A DNA stretch of 64,000 nt from Squalus acanthias (taxonomy: Eukaryota). The stretch is from positions 248,001-312,000 of the forward strand of contig JASTWF010000121.1 of the NCBI GenBank assembly GCA_030390025.1, read 5' to 3'. The notes beneath the pieces are model-generated. The model worked only from the letters and a program-made list of their open reading frames with translations. It was not told where the DNA came from and searched no databases. The translations under genes were made by a program, and so were the position numbers. Shown one piece after another: positions 12,238 through 23,754 of this stretch (its first letter is position 1; every line of letters starts with the position of its first letter).

Positions 12238-13492
12238 CTCTCCACATAACTGAAGTCCCTCATCCTTGGCAGCATCTGGTAAATCTACTCTGCACCCTCT
12301 CCAAGGCCTTGACATCCTTGCAAAGTGTGGTGGCCAGAATTGGACACAATACTCCAGCTGAGGCCGAACCAGTGATTTATAAATTCCCTGCTTTTGTCCT
12401 CCATGCCTCTATTTATAAAGACAAGAATCCCTTTGGCTTTTTTAACAAGCTTCTCTACTCTCCTGCCACCTTCAAAGATTTGTGTGCATACACCCCCAGG
12501 TCTCTCTGTTCCTAAACCCCTTTAAAATTGTACCATTTAGTTTATATTGCCTCTCCTCATTCTTCCTTTCAAAATGCATCATTTCACACTTCTCTGCAAT
12601 GTCTCTGCCCATATTCCTCCTTTGTCTTCATCCTCTTGAAGTCTGATACTAGCCTCCTCACTGTTTACTACATTTCCAAGCTTTGTCTCATCTGCAAACT
12701 TTGAAATTATGCCCTTTATTCCGACTGTATACTCTCCTCCCACCTGATAAACAACCGTTCACCACTACATTGTGCTTTCTGTCTCTTAGTCAATTTCATA
12801 TCTACACTGCCACTGCCCATGGGCTTCCATTTCACGAGCAAGTCTGTTGTGTGGCACTTTCTCAAATGCCTGCTGAAAGTCCATATACACAACATCAACT
12901 GCACTACCTTCATCAACCCTCTCCGTTATTTTATTGAAGAACTTAATCAAGTTTGTCAGATACGATATATCTTTAACAAATCTAAGTTGGCTGTCAATTA
13001 TTAACCCATGTTCTTCCAAGTGACAATTAATTTTGTGCTGGATTATGGTCTCTAGAAGTTTTCCCACCACCGATGTTAGGCTGACTGGCCTGTAGTTACT
13101 CGGTTTATCTCTCTCCCCTTTTTTGAATAGGGGTGTAACATTTGCAATCCTCTGACACCACTTCCATACCCAAGGAGGATTAAAAGATTGTGGCCAGAGC
13201 CTCCGCAATTTCCATCGTTATTTCCCTCAGCAACCTAGGATGCTTCCCCTCTGGACCGGGTGACTTTTCTTCTTTGAGCACGGTCAACCTTTAGCACCTC
13301 CTCTTTATCTATTCTATCCAATCCAATTTCTCTACCCACTCCTCCTTTACTGTGACATTAGTAGCATCCTCTTCTTTAGTGAATATAGATGAAAAGTTCA
13401 CATTTAGTACCTCAGCCATGCCCTCTGTCTCTGCAAGAAGATTTTCTTTTTTTGTCCCTAATCCTCCGCACCCATTCTTTGACTATCCCCCA

Positions 13493-13685
13493 AACAACTT
13501 CACTAAAACAGATTATCGGGCAATTATCACATTGCTGTTTGTGGGAGCTTGCTGTGCGCAATTTGGTTGCTGTGTTTCCTACATTACAACAGTGACTACA
13601 CTTCAAAAGTACTTCATTGGCTGTAAACGCTTTGGGACATCCGGTGGTCATGAAAGGCGCTATAGAAATGCAAGTCTTTCTTTTC
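13493..13685 (+). mobile_element. Deu-SINE (SacSINE1-like) 3' half
   Basis: Same core and tail (cactaaaacagattatc...ggcgctatagaaatgcaagtc) as 45452-45790. Confidence 0.8.
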
Positions 13686-15087
13686 TTATATTTATAAAAA
13701 CTTTATCTATTAGCTTTTATATTACTTGAAATTTCTTTTCGTATTCCTTTTCGCAGTTCTTAATATTTCTTTGTGTCCCTCTGTTGCTTTCCCTATTTCT
13801 CCATTGGATTACCACTTTGTTGTAAGCCACTTCTTTTAGATTTATACTGTGACCTACCTCAGGTGTTGACCGTGGGTGCTTGACTTTACAAGTGGAACCG
13901 TTGCTCTTTAGGGGTAAGTATTCCATTATATTGTACTAAATACTTTGAATACCTCCCACAGGTAGGTTTACCCGTCAACACCTCATCCCAGTTTAACGTG
14001 TTCAGTTTACATTCCTTCAAAGTCGGCCTCACTTAGGTTTAAAACCTTGGTTTGTGTGTGATCTTTCTCCATCACAAACATGATCTAGTTCAGTTTGCCG
14101 ATGGTCCAATTCTTGCCCCACCTTCTTTGCGCTCTACCTTGGTTTGTCTGAGCCTTGGAGTTGTCTCAGCACATTTTCCTTCTCCATCATTGCCTCTTTC
14201 CATGCTTTAGCTCATTTTGGCTTTGTATTCACATTGCTACTCCTGTGTTCATTCACTTGGTGTTCAGAGCTGGTCTTTTTCTTGACTTCTGCCTCCTTGT
14301 CACAGATTTCTGAATCTCTTTTGGTGAACTCGTGCCTAATCTATTTACAGTCACTTTAGTTTTGGGCTATCTGCTCCTTCATCTCCTGTTGTAGTTTTGC
14401 TTCGAATTACAGAATTTTCACTTCCTCGTCAGATCACTGTTCTTCCATTGCCTGCAAGTCTGTTTCCCTTTGCACCCTTCCTGTTTGAATTCCTGAGGCT
14501 CTGTCTTGGGTTTCTTGTCTTTTGTAGTTCAGGAGATACAACAGTGTAACAACAGAGACCATCTGGGGTTTGGTTTCCATTACTATTAACCTCTCCACGA
14601 GCTCCTGCTGCCCATCCAAGGTTTTTCCATGGTTTAGTCCATCCTTCTGTATCGGACAAATCTCTGTAATCCACAGGATTAAGGTGGGTTATGGTCCTGT
14701 CATGATAAACTTTTACCATTCTAAACCTGGGACCAGCTATGGCATTTTGTTTTAGGGCCACTATCCCTTTACTTCAATTCCAACTCACACATTTGGGTTC
14801 CACAATTATCATCCACATCTAAGGTTTATAAGATTTAGCCCAACTTTGAACCATTTTATATTACCCAGTCCAAGGTGTACAAACAGTTACACAATCAAAA
14901 CCAATCATAGGGATGATGTGCACAACTGAGTGAGGTGATTAACTGCTAATTGCCAGAGTTATCTAGGGAGAAGTTAGATATAGAGGTGCATCAACTAATG
15001 TGTATATGATAATGCAGTTAACACGATCACAAGGTTAAGTATTGGGAATCATTGAAAGTACTTTGCAGAGTTAATGGGAGGGCCCTC

Positions 15088-15109
15088 ATTTGCATGGGGC
15101 AGGCAGGTG
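15088..15109 (+). promoter_or_regulatory. Octamer ATTTGCAT plus E2A-type E-box GGCAGGTG (second copy at 39741-39762)
   Basis: Perfect octamer at 15088-15095, with GGCAGGTG at 15102-15109; both are retained in copy 2. This pairing is typical of Ig promoters and enhancers but could occur by chance. Confidence 0.4.
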
Positions 15110-16049
15110 AAGTCCCATCTGAGGCACGTCTATTGGCCCATACCAGCAGAAATTTGGTGGGTGTCCACTCGTGGGGAGGTATTGTCCAGGGAACCCAATC
15201 CAGAGCAAGAGGGACGATCAATTTTTTTCCCAAAACAGTTTCTTCTTCTTCAAGATCCTGGCTGTATCTTCAGTGTTGACCCTACGTGAGCCCATCTCTA
15301 GTTGCCCTGAGAAGGTGGTGGTGGGCCTTTTCCTTGGACCACTGTATTTCTTTTGGTGCTGGTGCAGCCACAATCCTGCATCTGGCAGCCCACCACTGCA
15401 GGATGGGTGTGGTTAGAAATTATGGTCTAGATATGACATGAGACCAGTGTGTTGTGGGCACCTGCTGGGCATCCCCAGGCATTCCACCGGCGAAGAGGAT
15501 TCCAATTTCAGACCACTGTGTCACTGGTATCGGCCCTCGGGTAGGTCCTGGGAGGGAGGGAGGAGCTGATTGGGAGAGAGGGGAGTGATTGTGAATAGGA
15601 TGGAGGCGATCGGGAGGAATAGAGGGGTCGAACGGGAGTGGGGGAGGGAGCGATAGGGAGGGAGGGTGAGGGCAATCAGGAGAGAGCTGGCAATGGTCTT
15701 CGATGCTGCTGTGGAGGCGGGAGGCACACTCCTGCACCTCCCAGCTCCACATTCAGGGAAGTACTTTATTAAAAACTCACCTTTTAGGTGAGGGGCTGTA
15801 GTGGTCCCCTTAAGGACCACTGGTTAGGCTGCTTGTAGACCTGGTCTGGCGCTGGCGTCATTCAGGGTAGATTTTGAGACGAGATCCTTCAACAGCCGTT
15901 AGGCCCCTTATTTTCACATGGAAAGGGTCTAACGCTGGATTCAAACTCACAGCCTGAATGGCTCTTTTTCTATTTTCACCAATATGGCCATAGTGGACAC
16001 TTAGGTCACCGTTTTGTGCCTGTAAAACGAGCGTGGCATCAACCGGGTA

Positions 16050-16445
16050 CGGTCACATCGTGGTTCTGTTACTGAACTAGTAATCTAACGACTAAAGATC
16101 CGGAGACATGAGTTCAAATCCCACCACAGCAGCTGGGGAATTTAAATTCAGTTCATTAAATAAATCTGGAATAAAAAGCTAGAATCAGTAATGGTGACCA
16201 TGAAACTATCGGATTGTTGTAAAAACCCATCTGGTTCACGAATGTCCTTTAGGGAAGGAAATCTGCCGTCCTTACCTGGCCTATATGTGACTCCAGACTC
16301 ACAGCAATGTGGTTGACTCTTAACTGCCCTCTGACATGGCCCAGCGAGACACTCAGCTGTCACCACCTTCTCAAGGGCAATTAGGGATGGGCAATAAATG
16401 CTGGCCTTGCCAGCGACGCCCACAGCCCGTGAATGAATAAAAAAA
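16050..16445 (+). mobile_element. tRNA-derived SINE (duplicate at about 40573-40975)
   Basis: B-box-like gagttcaaatccc, shark-type SINE body, and tgaatgaataaaaaaa tail. Confidence 0.65.
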
Positions 16446-16720
16446 TTAATTTCTAGGCCAATGGCATTGCACTTGTGACCCAGAGCTATGGGGTTATTCA
16501 CAAACAATGCATCACATGATGGTTTCCCATCATTGGAATATGCGAACCAATATTTGAACAATATTCCTCGTTCACCTTCACTTTCAACGTTAAATCCCAG
16601 AAGTGGTGGCAGGACATGTGGATCCAGCGAAACGATTGCCTGTACATTGTTTATTCTCCCGCCTGTTGGATTTAACACAGGAACAGTTTCTCATATGATA
16701 TTCATTTGATATTCGAGCAA

Positions 16721-19700
16721 GTTACATAGGAACAGGAGGAGGCCATTCATCCCCTCGAGCCTGTTACACAGGAACAGGAGGAGGCCATTCAGCCCCTCGA
16801 GCCTGTTACACTGGAACAGGAGCAGGCCATTCATCCCCTCGAGCCTGTTACACAGGAACAGGAGGAGCCCATTCATCCCCTCGAGCCTGTTACACAGGAA
16901 CAGGAGGAGGCCATTCAGCCCCTTGAGCCTATTACACAGGAACAGGAGGAGGCTATTCAGCTTCCTCGAGCCTGTTACATTAGGAACAGGAGGAGACCAT
17001 TCAGCCCCTCGAGTCTGTTACACAGGAACAGGAGAAGGCCATTCAACCCCTCAACCTATTACATAGGAACAGGAGGAGGCCATTCAGCCTCTTGAGCCTG
17101 TTACACAGGAACAGGAGGAGGCCATTCAGCCCCTCAACCTATTACACAGGAACAGGAGGAGGCCATTCAGCCCCTTGAGCCTGTTACACAGGAACAGGAG
17201 GAGGCCATTCATCCCCTCGAGCCTGTTACACTGGAACAGGAGGAGGCCATTCAGCCCCTCGAGCCTGTTACACAGGAACAGGAGGAGACTATTCAGCCCC
17301 TCGAGCCAGTTACAGAGGAACAGGAGGAGACAATTCAGCCCTCGAGCCTGTTACACAGGAAGAGGAGGAGGCCATTCAGCCCCTCGAGCCTGTTACACAG
17401 GAACAGGAGGACATCCAGCCCCTCGAGCCTGTTACACAGGAACAGGAGGAGGCCATTCGGCCCCTCGAGCCTGTTACACAGGAACAGGAGGCCATTCAGC
17501 CTTTCGAGCCTGTTACACAGAAACAGGAGGAGGACATTCAGCATCTCGAGCCTGTTACACAGGAACAGGAGGAGGCCATTTACCCCTCGATTCTGTTACA
17601 CAAGAACAGGAGGAGGCCATGCAGCCTCTCGAGCCTCTTACACAGGAACAGGAGGAGGCCATTCAACCCCTCGAGCCTGTTACACAGGAACAGGAGGCCA
17701 TTCAGCCCCTCAAGCCTTTTACACAGGAAGAGGAGGAGGCCATTCAGCCCCTCGAGCCTGTTACACAGGAACAGGAGGACATCCAGCCCCTCGAGCCTGT
17801 TACACAGGAACAGGAGGAGGCCATTCAGCCCCTCGAGCCTGTTACACAGGAACAGGAGGAGGCCATTTACCCCTCGATTCTGTTACACAAGAACAGGAGG
17901 AGACCATTCATCCCCTCGGGCCTGTTATACAGGAAAAGGAGGAGGCCATTCAGCCCATCGAGCCTGATACACAGGAACAGGAGGAGGCCATACAGCCTCT
18001 CGAGCCTCGTACGCAGGAACAGGAGGAGGCCATTCAACCCCTCGAGCCTGTTACACAGGATCAGGAGGACATTCAGCCCCTCGAGCCTGTTACACAGGAA
18101 TAGAAGGAGGCCATTCAGCCCCTCGAGCCTGTTACATTAGGAACAGGAGGAGACCATTCAGCCCCTCGAGTCTGTTACACAGGAACAGGAGAAGGCCATT
18201 CAACCCCTCAACCTATTACATAGGAACAGGAGGAGGCCATTCAGCCTCTTGAGCCTGTTACACAGGAACAGGAGGAGGCCATTCAGCCCCTCAACCTATT
18301 ACACAGGAACAGGAGGAAGTCATTCAGTCTCTCGAGCCTGTTACACAGGAACAGGAGGACATCCAGCCCCTCGAGTCTGTTACACAGGAACAGGACGAGG
18401 CCATTCAGCCCCTCGAGCCTGTTACACAGGAACAGGAGGAGGCCATTTACCCCTCGATCCTGTTACACAAGAACAGGAGGAGACTAATCATCCCCTCGAG
18501 TCTGTTATACAGGAACAGGAGGAGGCCATACAGCCCATCGAGCCTGTTACACAGGAACAGGAGGAGGCCATTCAGCCCCTTGAGCTGTTTACATAGGAAC
18601 AGGAGGAGGCCATTCAGCCCCTCGAGTCTGTTACATAGGAACAGAAGGAGGCCAGTCAGCCTCTCGAGCCTGTTACACAGGAACAGGAGGAGGTCATTCA
18701 GCCCCTCGAGCCTGTTACACAGGAACAGAAGGAGGCCATTCAGCCCCTCGAGCTGGTTACATAGGAACAGGAGGAGGCCATTCAGCCCCTCGAGTCTGTT
18801 ACATAGGAACAGGAGGAGGCCAGTCAGCCCCTCGAGCCTGTTACACAGGAACAGGAGTAGGCCATTCAGCCCCTCGAGCCTGTTACATAGGAAAAGGAGG
18901 AGTCCATTCAGCCCCTCGAGCCTGTTACACAGGAACAGGAGGAGGTCATTCAGCCCCTCGAGCCTGTTACATAGGAACAGGAGGAGGCCATTCAGCCCCT
19001 CGAGCCTGTTACACAGGAACAGAAGGAGGCCATTCAGCCCCTCGAGCTGGTTACACAGGAACAGGAGGAGGCCATTCAGCCCCTCGAGTCTGTTACATAG
19101 GAACAGGAGGAGGCCATTCAGCCCCTCGAGCCTGTTACACAGGAACAGGAGGAGGCCATTTACCCCTCGATCCTGTTACACAGGATCAGGAGGAGACTAT
19201 TCAGCCCTCGACCCTGTTACACAGGAAGAGGAGGAGGCCATTCAGCCCCTCGAGCCTGTTACACAGGAACAGGAGGAGGCCATTCAGCCCCTCAACCTAT
19301 TACACAGGAACAGGAGGAGGCCATTCAGCCCCTTGAGCCTGTTACACAGGAACAGGAGGAGGCCATTCATCCCCTCGAGCCTGTTACACTGGAACAGGAG
19401 GAGGCCATTCAGCCCCTCGAGCCTGTTACACAGGAACAGGAGGAGATTATTCAGCCCCTCGAGCCAGTTACAGAGGAACAGGAGGAGGCCATTCAGCCCC
19501 TCGAGCCTGTTACACTGGAACAGGAGGGGGCCATTCAGCCCCTCAAGCCTTTTACACAGGAAGAGGAGGAGGCCATTCAGCCCCTCGAGCCTGTTACACA
19601 GAAACAGGAGGAGGACATTCAGCATCTCGAGCCTGTTACACAGGAACAGGAGGAGGCCATTTAACCCCCGATTCTGTTACACAAGAACAGGAGGAGGCCA

Positions 19701-22460
19701 TACAGCCTCTCGAGCCTCTTACACAGGAACAGGAGGAGGCCATTCAACTCCTCGAGCCTGTTACACAGGAACAGGAGGACATTCAGCCCCTCGAGCCTGT
19801 TACACAGGAATAGGAGGAGGCCATTCAGCTTCCTCGAGCCTGTTACATTAGGAACAGGAGGAGACCATTCAGCCCCTCGAGTCTGTTACACAGGAACAGG
19901 AGAAGGCCATTCAACCCCTCAACCTATTACATAGGAACAGGAGGAGGCCATTCAGCCTCTTGAGCCTGTTACACAGGAACAGGAGGAGGCCATTCAGCCC
20001 CTCAACCTATTACACAGGAACAGGAGGAGGCCATTCAGCCCCTTGAGCCTGTCACACAGGAACAGAAGGAGGCCTGTCAGCCTCTCGAGCCTGTTACACT
20101 GGAACAGGAGGAGGTCATTCAGCCCCTCGAGTCTGTTACATAGGAACAGGAGGAGGCCAGTCAGCCCCTCGAGCCTGTTACACAGGAACAGGAGGAGGCC
20201 ATTCAGCCCCTCGAGCCTGTTACATAGGAAAAGGAGGAGTCCATTCAGCCCCTCGAGCCTGTTACACAGGAACAGAAGGAGGCCATTCAGCCCCTCGAGC
20301 TGGTTACATAGGAACAGGAGGAGGCCATTCAGCCCCTCGAGTCTGTTACATAGGAACAGGAGGAGGCCATTCAGCCCCTCGAGCCTGTTACACAGGAACA
20401 GGAGGAGGCCATTTACCCCTCGATCCTGTTACACAGGATCAGGAGGAGACTATTCAGCCCTCGAGCCTGTTACACAGGAAGAGGAGGAGGCCATTCAGCC
20501 CCTCGAGCCTGTTACACAGGAACAGGAGGACATCCAGCCACTCGAGCCTGTTACACAGGAACAGGAGGAGGCCATTCAGCCCCTCGAGCCTGTTACACAG
20601 GAACAGGAGGCCATTCAGCCTTTCGAGCCTGTTACACAGAAACAGGAGGAGGACATTCAGCATCTCGAGCCTGTTACACAGGAACAGGAGGAGGCCATTT
20701 ACCCCTCGATTCTGTTACACAAGAACAGGAGGAGGCCATACAGCCTCTCGAGCCTCTTACACAGGAACAGGAGGAGTCCATTCAACCCCTCGAGCCTGTT
20801 ACACAGGAACAGGAGGACATTCAGCCCCTCGGGCCTGTTACACAGGAATAGGAGGAGGCCATTCAGCTTCCTCGAGCCTGTTACATTAGGAACAGGAGGA
20901 GACCATTCAGCCCCTCGAGTCTGTTACACAGGAACAGGAGAAGGCCATTCAACCCCTCAACCTATTACATAGGAACAGGAGGAGGCCATTCAGCCTCTTG
21001 AGCCTGTTACACAGGAACAGGAGGAGGCCATTCAGCCCCTCAACCTATTACACAGGAACAGGAGGAGGCCATTCAGCCCCTTGAGCCTGTTACACAGGAA
21101 CAGGAGGAGGCCATTCATCCCCTCGAGCCTGTTACACTGGAACAGGAGGAGGCCATTCAGCCCCTCGAGCCTGTTACACAGGAATAGGAGGAGACTATTC
21201 AGCCCCTCGAGCCAGTTACACAGGAACAGGAGGAGGCCATTCAGCCCCTCGAGCCTGTTGCACTGGAACAGGAGGGGGCCATTCAGCCCCTCAAGCCTTT
21301 TACACAGGAAGAGGAGGAGGCCATTCAGCCCCTCGAGCCTGTTACACAGGAACAGGAGGACATCCAGCCCCTCGAGCCTGTTACACAGGAACAGGAGGAG
21401 GCCATTCAGCCCCTCGAGCCTGTTACACAGGAACAGGAGGAGGCCATTCAGCCCCTCGAGCCTGTTACACAGGAACAGGAGGCCATTCAGCCTCTCGAGC
21501 CTGTCACACAGGAACAGGAGGAGGACATTCAGCATCTCGAGCCTGTTACACAGGAACAGGAGGAGGCCATTTACCCCTCGATTCTGTTACACAAGAACAG
21601 GAGGAGACCATTCATCCCCTCGGGCCTGTTATACAGGAAAAGGAGGAGGCCATTCAGCCCATCGAGCCTGATACACAGGAACAGGAGGAGGCCATACAGC
21701 CTCTTGAGCCTCGTACGCAGGAACAGGAGGAGGCCATTCAATCCCTCGCGCCTGTTACACAGGAACAGGAGGACATTCAGCCCCTCGAGCCTGTTACACA
21801 GGAATAGAAGGAGGCCATTCAGCCCCTCGAGCCTGTTACATTAGGAACAGGAGGAGACCATTCAGCCCCTCGAGTCTGTTACACAGGAACAGGAGAAGGC
21901 CATTCAACCCCTCAACCTATTACATAGGAACAGGAGGAGGCCATTCAGCCTCTTGAGCCTGTTACACAGGAACAGGAGGAGGCCATTCAGCCCCTCAACC
22001 TATTACACAGGAACAGGAGGAAGTCATTCAGTCTCTCGAGCCTGTTACACAGGAACAGGAGGACATCCAGCCCCTCGAGTCTGTTACACAGGAACAGGAG
22101 GAGGCCATTCAGCCCCTCGAGCCTGTTACACAGGAACAGGAGGAGGCCATTTACCCCTCGATCCTGTTACACAAGAACAGGAGGAGACCAATCATCCCCT
22201 CGAGCCTGTTATACAGGAACAGGAGGAGGCCATTCAGCCCCTTGAGCTGGTTACATAGGAACAGGAGGAGTCCATTCAGCCCCTCGAGCCTGTTACACAG
22301 GAACAGGAGGAGGTCATTCAGCCCCTCGAGCCTGTTACACAGGAACAGAAGGAGGCCATTCAGCCCCTCGAGCCTGTTACACAGGAACAGGAGGAGACCA
22401 TTCAGCCTCTCGAGCCTGTTACATAGGAACAGGAGGAGGCCAGTCAGCCTCTCGAGGCTG
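16721..22460. repeat. 42-bp satellite derived from a CR1 3' tail, about 137 units
   Basis: Unit cctgttacacaggaacaggaggaggccattcagcccctcgag; runs directly into a minus-strand CR1 3' UTR/ORF end at about 22460-22770. Confidence 0.97.
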
Positions 22461-22770
22461 CTCCACCATTCAATCAGATCATGGGTGATCTGTACCTCTA
22501 CTTCATTAACCCACCATTGCTCCACATCCCCTGATACCATTGCCTAACAAAAATCTATCGATCTCAGACTTGAGAGCTGGAATTGACCCCCAGCATCCAC
22601 AGCCTTTTGTGGAGAGAGTTCCAGATTTCCACTGCCCTTTGTGTGATGAAGTGCTTCCTGATTTCACTCCTCATCAGCCTGGCTCTAGTTTTAAAATTAT
22701 GTCCCTTTGTTCTTGATTCCCCCACCAGTGGAAATAGTTTCTCGCTCTCTACCCTGTCGAACCCAATAAG
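22460..22770 (-). mobile_element. CR1-clade LINE 3' fragment (duplicate at about 42260-42570)
   Basis: ORF remnant EKLFPLVGESRTKGHNFK..HFITQRAVEIWNSL. Confidence 0.8.
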
Positions 22771-23460
22771 TTCCTCCACTTGTTTTATTTTTAGTACCCC
22801 TTCTATCGCTGGTATTTTAGACTCTTGCTCTACTGTGAAAATGGAAACAAAGTGCTCCTTTAATAAATCACCATCACCTTGTTATTGGCCCCGATATTAA
22901 CGGGGAGGTGGAAAATTGATTGAGGGCCTGGCTGGTGGGCGGGAGCACAAACAAGCAGCAGGGAGTCACAGCCGGGGACCCATGGGGACGGACCCTGGCA
23001 GCTAGTGGGGGGACACTCGGGGCCACGATCGGTGGGGGAGGGGGGAGAGGTCAGAGTGTGACCGGGGGCGGGGGCTGAGAGGTAGGGCCGGAATCGGGGG
23101 GGATTGTTTCAAAGCTCGGGGCCGTGATCGGGGGAAGGCGGGTAGCCCAGTTTATGGAGGCCCAAGGCTTCCTTGTGAAGCCCAGAGGATCACTCCTGCC
23201 CCTCCTGGCCCACAAGAAAACCTGAAAGATAAATGTCAAACTTTCCAGCTGGGCCTCTTCTGTCAGCCCTTCCCTATGTTGTTGGTCCCAACATGGACCA
23301 GGGCGACTGGATCTCAGCCTCCCTTTCACCCTAATCTTTCTCTTCCTGTCAGGTCCAGCCTGTGACGCTGGGAGTGATCAGAGATTACTGCCCTGGAGGT
23401 TCTGCTTCTTAATCCAGAAAGACTGTAGCCCTGTTGGAGGGTCAGGTCTTGGGTCTTAAC

Positions 23461-23754
23461 CGTCTTTCGGATGAGACGTTAAACCGAGGCCCCGTCTGCT
23501 CTCTCAGGTGGATGTAAAAGACCCCACGGTCACTATTTCAAAGAAGAGCAGGGGAGTTCTCTCCGATGTCCTGGCCAATATTTATCCCTCAACAACATCA
23601 CTAAAACAGATTATCTGGTCATTATCACATTGCTGTAGTGGGAGCTTGCTGTGCGCAAATTGGCTGCCGCGTTTCCTACATTACAACAGTAACTACACTT
23701 CAAAAGTACTTCAGTGGCTGGAAAAGCACTTTGGGATGTCCAGTGGTCGTGAAA
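23461..23754 (+). mobile_element. Deu-SINE (SacSINE1-like), interrupted by a CR1; tail resumes at 26343-26390
   Basis: Deu core cgtctttcggatgagacgttaaaccgaggccccgtctg...; the uninterrupted paralogue is at 45452-45790. Confidence 0.85.

Larger units (their letters stand above)
10548..13470 (-). mobile_element. Older CR1-clade LINE fragments hosting nested insertions
   Basis: Minus-strand ORF pieces [23 protein letters not shown] and AVDVVYMDFQQAFEKVPH; 3' tail near 10548. Confidence 0.75.

Noticed and set aside
16721-22460. CRISPR-like regular repeat array
   Set aside because: Units are contiguous with no unique spacers, there are no cas genes, and the context is vertebrate.
17175-22547. Long ORFs (up to 423 aa) of [28 protein letters not shown] and [14 protein letters not shown] repeats
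   Set aside because: These are artefacts of a 42-bp unit (a multiple of 3, stop-free) derived from a LINE 3' UTR. Frames switch freely and the array length differs about 5-fold between paralogues.
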